Of a stretch of DNA of 38,792 nucleotides, positions 25,560 to 34,500 are shown one piece after another. The stretch is from NCBI GenBank assembly GCA_001275005.1, contig JWZX01003291.1, positions 1 to 38,792 on the forward strand, given 5' to 3'. Below the pieces are notes generated by a model, which did no database searches, was not told the DNA's origin, and saw nothing but the letters and a program-made list of their open reading frames with translations. The position numbers and the translations under genes were made by a program. The first letter of the stretch is position 1. Each line of letters opens with the position of its first letter. The DNA comes from Chrysochromulina tobinii. Lineage: Eukaryota.

Positions 25560-28500
25560 ATGGCGCCTTCGGCGCCGCCGCCTTTGGGGCGCACCACGGG
25601 CGCGAGATATCGGGTGGGCGCGCCGCGGCGCAAATGGCTGGGACTTGCAGCCCCGTTCTCGGGCATTATCCACATCCACTTCTTTTTCCAGGGCGCGACC
25701 TCCCAAGCTACCAACTTCGGGCATTTCCCTTTTCGTACAGTACAGTGCAATGCTGCATCCGGGCCCGTCGACAATCGGGGCGGTGTCGGTGCTGCGCGAG
25801 GGCTGGAATGGTCGCCGGGAACCCCATCTATCGGGGGCAACTGCCGGCGTTTCTTCACGCGCGCGCGTGGACCCCCTACCTCTTCTTTTACGCCCTTTTG
25901 GGCTAGACAAGGACCCGTCAGCTACTTCGAGCCGGTCTGGGGGGCCAAATTTCATGATCGGGGGCGCGCTGGTGGAGTGGCTCGATGGACGATGGTGACG
26001 GCTGCGGTGGGCAGTTCTTCGTTCTGCTCGAGGAGTGCGCGCTGTGCTCCAGCAACGACTCATGGTCTGGCAGTGGCACGGCTGCAGCAGGAGCTCCACT
26101 TCCTGACCAACAACGAGGCAAGGAACGCGACGGGCCGCGCGACGCGGCGGGGCTCATCGATGCTGAGCATGCCAGCCGCGCTGGAGGCCCAGGCGGGCGA
26201 TCAATCGCGCCGCGGAGCACTCGCGAGCCTTCTTACTATGACGAGTTTGACCCCCTTTCGGGTCAGACAAGAGATCGGTTTTTCTTTTTGGACCGACTTC
26301 AAGAAGATCGGCGATCGGGCGCTGCGCGCATGGATGGCGCAGCGCGACGAGCGATGCGGCTCGCTGTGCGGCACGGCGATCGCGGGCTGCCGACGACGGA
26401 ATGCGAGTGGCAGCGAGCCGCGGCGGCTGCCGCAGCAGCCGCGACGCTCGAAGAAGAGCTCGATGACGAGCGCGTGCGCTACTTTGAGGGCGATGCGGCC
26501 GACTCGGAGCGTGAGCGCGATGAGCACGGCGCGTATCTTGACGAGCTGCATCGAGCCGCGTGTCTGCGGCGCACTTCTGGGTCCTTCTTCAAGCATCAAG
26601 TCGGATCGGGGCACGCCGCCACGACTGCCGAAGGGCTGCGCGACGCTGCTGCCGCAGTTTATCAATGCCGTCGGTCTGGCTGCCACACGCTCGTCGACGC
26701 CGGCAGGGCGCGCGCAGCGGCCCGTAAACGACCGAACGGCTCCTTCTGCGAAGGCGACGGATGCGCCGGGCCGCGCTGCGCCACTCGCTGGAGACCCGAT
26801 CGATTCGTGCCGAGGCAATGTGCGATGGCGTACAATCTCTTTCATGGCAGGCGGCGCTTGGCTGATTGGCCCGCCCGTGTGGGCGGTGGCTCTGGCACGC
26901 GACGCTCCAGGGCTTCCGGCGCGCGAGCTGCGCTTCTGGCTCTCGCCTGGCTGCAAGAGCTCGGGCTCTGCAGTTTCGAAGGTCCTCCTACGTCCTCCTC
27001 CTCGGCGCCTTGACGCGCCGCTCGCGGGTGGGATGGGGGGATATCGGATCGGGTCCTCTGGTCGCGCTCCATGGCATGCCCCCGAGGGAAACCTCCGCGG
27101 GGCCTCTGTCGGAGGTCGGACTATGCGACTCATGGTTCGCCCTCACCACACCGCGGGGCCGCCTCTCTTGGCTGCCGCCACTGACCTTCCTCTTCTTCTC
27201 CATCGACACCTTGATGCGCCGCTCGCGGGTGGGATGGGGGGACATCGGATCGGGTCCTCTGGTCGCGCTCCATGGCATGCCCCCGAGGGAAACCTCCGCG
27301 GGGCCTCTGTCGGAGGCCGGACTATGCGACTCATGGTTCGCCCTCACCACACCGCGAGGCCGCCTCTCCTGGTTGCCTCCGCACTTCTCCTTTCTCTTCT
27401 TTTCCTGTTCGGCGCGGGGGTGGCAGCCTGTCGTCGTTCGGAGCCGGACGTCACCCCTGACGAGCTGCACAAGGAGCTCCGGAGCATTGCGCAACTGCTG
27501 CGCCTGCACCACGAGAAGCTCTTGCTCATGGCCAAAACGGCGGCCGCGCCTGGAGCTTTCCAGGCATCGCGCGACGCCATCAAGGTGCTCGGCGGCAGGG
27601 AGGCGAAGCTCATCGCGTTACTGGCTGCCATGCCGTCCACGCGCGAGGTCCATGAAATTCGTGCGAACGTCGTGCAGAATTTTTACGCCGATCGCGACAA
27701 GCTCTCGTCGGCGATCCACGACGAAGTGACGAAATGCAGGACGCTCGAGGCCGAGCGCAGGCAGCCGATCTCTCACATCGGCATCGCCATCATCTGCTTG
27801 TCGCATCTTGCCGGTCTCGTTGGCGTCGCATGGTCTGCGCCATCTCCTCCGTCCTCTTCTCCTGTTCTACCTTCTTCTTCTGCATACTCTTCTTCTTACT
27901 ATTATTCTTCTTCCTCCTCATCTTCCCCTTCTTCCTCGGCTTCTTTCTCCGATTCTACTCGTGCTGACCCTCCTTCTTCCGTCGCGCTCATTGCGCCTAC
28001 TCTCGCGGGTACTTTTGCGTACACTCTTCCCACACCGCCCTCATCGCCGCCGCCCTCGCCGCCTGGATCTTCTTCTTCTTCTTCATCTTGTTCTCTCACT
28101 TCTTCGCCGGCGCGCCGTGTACGTCGCGTGCGGTGGCCTTCAGGCTCGCCACCGCCATCGCCGCCTCCATCGCCGACGGGAGCCTCGGATTCCTCGGCGG
28201 CGCCTTCGCCTCCTCCTTCGAGGACATCTTCGCGGCCGTCTTCACCAAAGGCACTGACTGCGGCCTCGCCTGCGCGCGAAGCGGCTCACGCGCGACGGCT
28301 GTCCTTGCAACCTGCACGATACGTGCCAGCCGCCTTTGGACGGCGGAGTATTCTCGCGACGGCGGCCGCAGCGGCGCAAAGCAGCACGATCGTCACGAAC
28401 GGCGAGCCGCCTGCAACCTTCGTGGCGTCGGCAGTCTGGACTGGCGCCATCGATGGCAAGGTCTTCAAGCGCGGCGCCTTTGGCGTGGGCTACTATGACG

Positions 28501-31500
28501 ACGGGCCGATCGCTGCGTGTGGCGAAGCGATCGTTGGACAGCGCGTGGGAACGGCACTATCCTTCGGCGCGGTCTCGATCAGCATGCGACCGTGCCAACA
28601 GGACTGCGACTGCGCGCGGTGCATACCGCGGCACGCGGATGCCAGACGGGCGCGCTTTGCCGGAGAGGCGGCGCTTCCGCCGCCGCCCCTGCCGACGCAT
28701 CGCATTACGGTGGCTGGCGGCAACGTCAACAAGACTGACGTCGTCGAGAAGACGCTCGCCTTCGCAATCCGGCAGCTTGACGGTGCCGACAAGCTGACGA
28801 GGCCGCGCGATCTTCTCAACGCGGGGCTCTTGAAGGCGCTATCGGCCCTAGGTGTTCATGACGGCGCTCTCGACGATTACGACGCGCTGCTAGCGCTGTT
28901 TCATGAGCGACAGGCCGTCAATCGCGCCGCTGTCGGCTGCGCAGCGGCAGTGGTTGTGGCAGCGGCTGCTGCTACGTCACGTCAGGCTAACGGTGCTCAC
29001 AGCGCGGCTGCCGCCGCGAGCGAGCGGTCGCGCGATGATCCCGAGGTGGTGTCAGTTTCGGCCGTCGCGGGCCTGAAGCGCAAGGTGGCTGCGGCGGTGC
29101 GCACGCTCGGTGAGTGTACCGCGAGCAGTGCACGGGCTGCTGCCGTCGCGATCGGCGGGCTTCATGCTGGGTCGGCCTTCGACAAGGCTGCCCAAGAGCG
29201 CGACGCGGCGGCGGCGGTCGCGAGCATGGTGGCCGCTGCGGTGACGGCCGAGGACCGCACTCGAAGCGCAGCCGCAGCGCGGGTCGGGTCATCGCACGAG
29301 ACGCAAGCCGAGATCGGGATGCGCGTCTACTGCAAGCTCGAGCTGCTCGAAGGGCAGCTACCGCACGAGGCCTGGCGGCTGGCTGTCATCCGGGGCCTCT
29401 TCTTCGTTGGTGCAGGCGAGGTCGAGGCTTTCGTCGAGTTCATCGTCATCGGCGCTCGTTGGTCGCTCGACGACTATCCGTATGTTGCCGAATGGAGCGC
29501 TGACGCGCTCAAAACGGCTGCGGCGAGAGAGCGGGATCGGCCGGCGCTCAAACAGCACAACGTCACTCTCGGACGAATGCTCGCCTTTGTTGGGCTCAAG
29601 GCGGTCGTGCCGCCGCCCCGGCCCGCGCTTGGCGTTGCGCTTAACCGATTACCCAGCGACACTATCGCCGCGGTTGGCGCCACCGGCGATGCAGGAAATG
29701 CCGTAACGCTGATCGTCTACGACGGGCGCGCCGCGCGCGCGACCGCGCTGCATCGCGTCCTTCAGGCCTACGCGTACGCGGCGGCCGGTTTCGCCACAGC
29801 GTGCCTGCCGACCATGTGGGAATGGCGCACTGCCCTTTGCGGCTCTTGCTCAGCGGCGCAATGGCTCGTGGCGCATTTTTTGCACTCCATCGGCTGGTCT
29901 GACGTTGTCGACGGCCTGGCAGCCTCAGCGGCACTCGCACGTTTCAAACGTGTGCTGCCCTGGCAGATGATTGCCGACGCGCTCGCGGATCTTTGCGAGA
30001 CTGACGTGTGCGTTTCGGTGCAAGCGCCGATGACACTCGGGCAGATCATCGGGTGCACGGGCAAGGCGCTCGGCGATGAGCTGCTGCGCGAAGCGATGAA
30101 GCTGCCACTGCAGCTCGAGCAGCTGCGTTCCGATGGTACGATCTCTGCGGCCGTGCTCGACTGGTGGCTGCGTGACGCGGCCTCTTTCATCGTCAAGTCC
30201 AAGTACAAGTTCGCCGAGGTGCTCGCCGCGCGCGCGGCCAAGCAGCAGCCCGCTCTACCGCGGCTGCCTCCGGGCGCATGTTGGATGGCCAGACAGGCTA
30301 AGGCGTACAAGATGGAGGTGGCGCTCAGCGACGCCAAATTCCTGCTCGAGCGGCTGCGGCGTGAGGCCAAGACGAAGGCGGAGGGCATCGTGCCTACATC
30401 GGCTACGGCGCCGCGCGCAGTGATCGAGGTGCAGCGAAGGCGCGCTTGCCTCGTTTGGAACCCCGGCGGCGTGCACGTCATCGACGCGAGGGCCGATCGC
30501 CGAGTGGGCGACCGTGAGCGTGCTATGCAAGGCAAACGGAGGGCGAGCGGCGCAGGAGCGCAGGCCGACGTGCGCGATCGCGAGCTGGCTGCGGCGATCG
30601 AGCGCGAGGACGAGGAGGACGGAGGCGGCGACGTGGGGCGGGGTTCAGCGCTCCGCTTCAAGGGCTGTGACGCGCTCGAGGCGATCATTGACCAAGTGAA
30701 GTCCAAGGACGCGCACCTGCTCGTGTTGTCCGAGACGCACTTGCACGGCCGCGCGGTCGATGACGTGGCCGATTACCTCGGCACGCGACTGGGCTGGCAG
30801 GATCTCGCCAAGGGGCGCAGTGGCGGCGCGCCTGAATATGTGCCGTGCGTCGTGCAGGCGCCGGCGGCGCGCGGTGAATGGGCGGGCGTACTGGTCGCTT
30901 TCGATCCGACAGTCTTCAAAAAGCTTGACGTGCAGATAGTCGTACCTGGACGCGTGCTGCAGATCGAGTTCCGAATGGTCGACGACTCTACGAATTTGAC
31001 GCTTTTCGCATGCTACATGCCTCAAGCCAATCTCCCACGCGAAGTGCACGACAAGGCTTGGGGCAAGCTCGAGGAGGCGCTGCTCACAGTGTGCGGCGCG
31101 TACGTGATTGCGGGCGACTTGAACGCGGAGACGGCGACTCGGCTGCTGAAGGCGCACAAGATCAACCTGAGCAAGGGCGGCGTGGTGAAGAGGCCGGGCG
31201 AGACCTATTTGTTCAAGCTCATGCACGGCACAAGCTTCCTCGAATTTGATCAGCCCACGAGGGTCGGGCGCGAGGAGTACACGCACCTGCACGTGGTGAG
31301 CGCGGCCTCGAAGGACGCGGAGGGCAATCTCGTCGAGGCCGTCACGAGCAAGCACGTCATCGACCACGTTCTCGAGGGCGGCTGCGATGGACGCGTCGGA
31401 GGCGGCGAGACCTTCACGGTCAAGGTCGGATCGGAGCCAAACAAGCAGTATCACAGGGCGCTGGGCTTTGCGATCATTACGACCGACACCGAGGAGATTG

Positions 31501-34500
31501 TCACGAGCGCGAATCGCAAACCGAAGCTCAGCAAGATGCCGAGGGTGTCGAGCAAGCCCAAGACGATGAGCAAGACGGGCAGCGACAAGCGCGACGGGGC
31601 CAAGCTGAAGAAGCGCCTGGTCACGATGGCCAACGCGCTGCCGGATCGTTTTGAGGATGGCACGGGCGGGCTCGTCGACGATGCCGAGTTGGGCGTGGAC
31701 GACTCTGACCTCGAGGAGGTGTTAGAGGGCGACGGTGATGCTGACGAGCTCATTGGTTGGGACGCGTACAAGGAAAGGGCGGCGAGCGCGAGCGAGTCGG
31801 CCATGAAGGACTGGGTGGCGGGGCGCGAGGGCGCGTGCGCCGAGGCGATGCAGCAGCTCGTTGGCCAAGGGCGGCCCATTGACGAGCGCAGCAGAGCGCT
31901 GGCGCGCGACGAGGCGGCGGCGCGCTACGCGGCGACGAACGGCACGTGCGTCGAGCATCTGATGCAGGCGTGCATGCTTGTGGCGCGCGAAGTCATCGCG
32001 GCGCCGCAGGCGGCCAAAGGGCGCAAGCAGTCGGCCGGCGAAGTGTTGCGGCGGAAGCTGGACAAGTACCTCGCGATCGAGAAGGAGGTCGAGGATCTGA
32101 AGATCACCGACATCGTCTTCGGCTACTGCGGCAAGATCAAGGGTCGCTGGAGGACGCGTGAGAGCGCGCTGACGCCCGAGCTCAAGCAGTTTTTCCTCCG
32201 CGACGCAGCGCCGCACGCGCCAGGCGAACGCAAGGCGCGCGAGCTTGTGCTCATACGGAGACGCGTCGACGAGTGCGTCAGGGAGGTCGAAGAGCATCGG
32301 CTGACTACTCGCGTCGACTATGTCAATGAGCAACTCACGATCTTGGCTGCCAGAGAGCTGGGGTACGCGCGAGCCGCTGCTGAGGTGATTCGAGCTGAGC
32401 GACGTGGGCTGATGTCCTCCAAGGACAAGGGCCCGGGCGGGACGCTGGTAGCTCTCGAAGACGAGGCGACCGGGCTGCTGCTCACTGGCGTGGCCCGCGA
32501 TAAGGCCGTCGCCGCCAAGGTGCGCTCGGGCAACACGCCAAATCTCGTCTGTCTCGAATCGGCTGGTCACCTTATGGACCTGTGCCGTATCGAGCGCGGC
32601 GAGCGCAGAGGAGGCAGCACGGCGCAGGGCAGCGGCGCGGCGTTTCAGGTCGTCGAGGACGCCGAGTGCCGGCTGGGTCGGCAGCCGCGCATCGCCCGAA
32701 ACCGAGAGCGCGTTGAGGCCTGTGTGCGGCCGCCGGCTGGCGACTTCGTCGTCGTTGGGAACGCGAGGTTTCCTGACGAGGCGCACGACGGCAGGGTACG
32801 GTACGACGGCAGCAGGAAGGGCATTCTGGGCAGTCCATTTCGGATGGGTCTCGACGGGCGCGACGAGAACTTGCGAGATCTCTCGTGCGAGTGCTATCGA
32901 GAGTGGCTTGAGACGGGCGGTGATGCGTACGCGATCGCGGTGGCCAAGTGTTTCCCAATCGAGTGCGTCGCGCCGGGTCACGGGCGGATCTGCAGCGCCG
33001 ACATCGAGGCCGAGATCGAGTCGCTCGTCGAGATCGTCGTCGAGCTCGACAAGCGCCTCGTGCTCGAGTGCGGGTGCGCGCCGAAGCGGTGCCATCTCGC
33101 GTGCATCGCGGAAAAGTGCAACACGCTGATCCGTGCGAAGCGTGCCTTGAGATCCAAGCAGGCTGCCGATGCGCGCGATGCCGGCGGCGCGGCGGCTTGC
33201 GAGCAGTGTGGCGAGGGCGTCGTGCAGGAGGGCGGAGGCGCGGCCGATGCTGATGCGCTATTGGCGAAGGTCGTCGCTGATGCTGTCGCTCAAAAGGGCG
33301 ATGTGTCAGGCTTTGTCGAGGCGGGCACGGCGGCGCAGCATCACGTCACGCGTGACGAGGAGAGCAGCGGTCAGCGGGCCGACGAGGCGACGCACGAGGG
33401 ATCGCGTGGCGCTGGGCACGCCACGGAGGCCGATTCAGCAAGGGAGCGCGCTCGCGAGCGCGACGCGTGGCATGAGGAACTGCGCAGCGTCATCGGCGCC
33501 ACGGGTGCTTCTGACGGCGATAAGGCGTCTGCCTTCGACTATTGGACCGGCGAGTACCAGCTCGAGTTCAACGAGAGCGGCGACCGGTGCACCGACCAGC
33601 GAGCACGGGCGCTGCTGCAACGGCTGCTCACGCCCGAGCGCGTCCTCGAGTTGACCAAGCTGGTCAAAGAGAAGCTCGCCACCGGGTTGGACGAGTTCAA
33701 CTTGGTGCTCGTCAAGCAGGGCGGGCTTGAGCTCGCCAAGCTCTTCGCTGACGCGTGCGTGGAGGAGGTGGCGGTCTTTTCATTCCCGACGAGCTGGACT
33801 ACCTGGCACGCGACGTTGATCCCGAAGCCGGGCAAAGATCGTTGCAAGCTCAGCGGCTGGAGGGAGATTTGGATCCAGTCGCATCTGTGGAAGCTCGTGG
33901 TCGGCGCCATCCTGCCCGAGTGCGCTGAGGTTTTTGCGCGCACGCGACCATGGTGCAACGCCGGCTTCGAGGCCGGGCGAGGCTGTCCCGAGCAGTCGGC
34001 GGCACTGCGCGCGCGGCTTGAGCTGCACATGCGGCTGCGGCAGCCACTACACGTCTACTTTCAGGACTATTCCGTCTTTTTTCCGTCGATCTCGAGGCAG
34101 CTTGTCGCCTTCATCCTGCATGAGCTGGGCGTGAGCACAGTCTCGATGCAGATTCTTCGAGAAGTCCAAGATCAAGTGATGGGAGCGTTCAAGACGGCGG
34201 GCGGTCCCACTGAGCTGGCCCCGATGCTGAGAGGCGAGCCCATCGGCGGCGTCGAATCGCCGTTGTTCTCGCTGCCTGTGGCGGCGCTCGTACAGCGCGC
34301 ACTCGAGACCTACGTGCCGGGCAGCCCACTGCCGGATCGGCGCGAGCTGCGTGTCGCTGCGCTGCAGCTGTGGTATGCCGACGACGGCGCACTTGCTGAC
34401 GCCGTCGAGGGCATCATCCAGACGGCGGTGGACATCATGATCTTGCTGTCGGAGGAGATCCTGGGGCTCAAGGTCGGGCACGACACGGTCGAGGCGTCCA

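Noticed and set aside
25555..25566. YY1-like AAAATGGCG site as in the human L1 promoter
   Set aside because: A short motif that is equally explained as a start-codon context, with no evidence of such a factor here.
27008..27377. DGR template/variable repeat pair (RT has DGR-like motifs and a near-identical repeat pair lies upstream)
   Set aside because: The six mismatches are not adenine-specific in either copy on either strand, and the RT context is LINE-type.
27008..27377. LTRs
   Set aside because: The copies are adjacent rather than flanking, and no integrase or protease motifs were seen.
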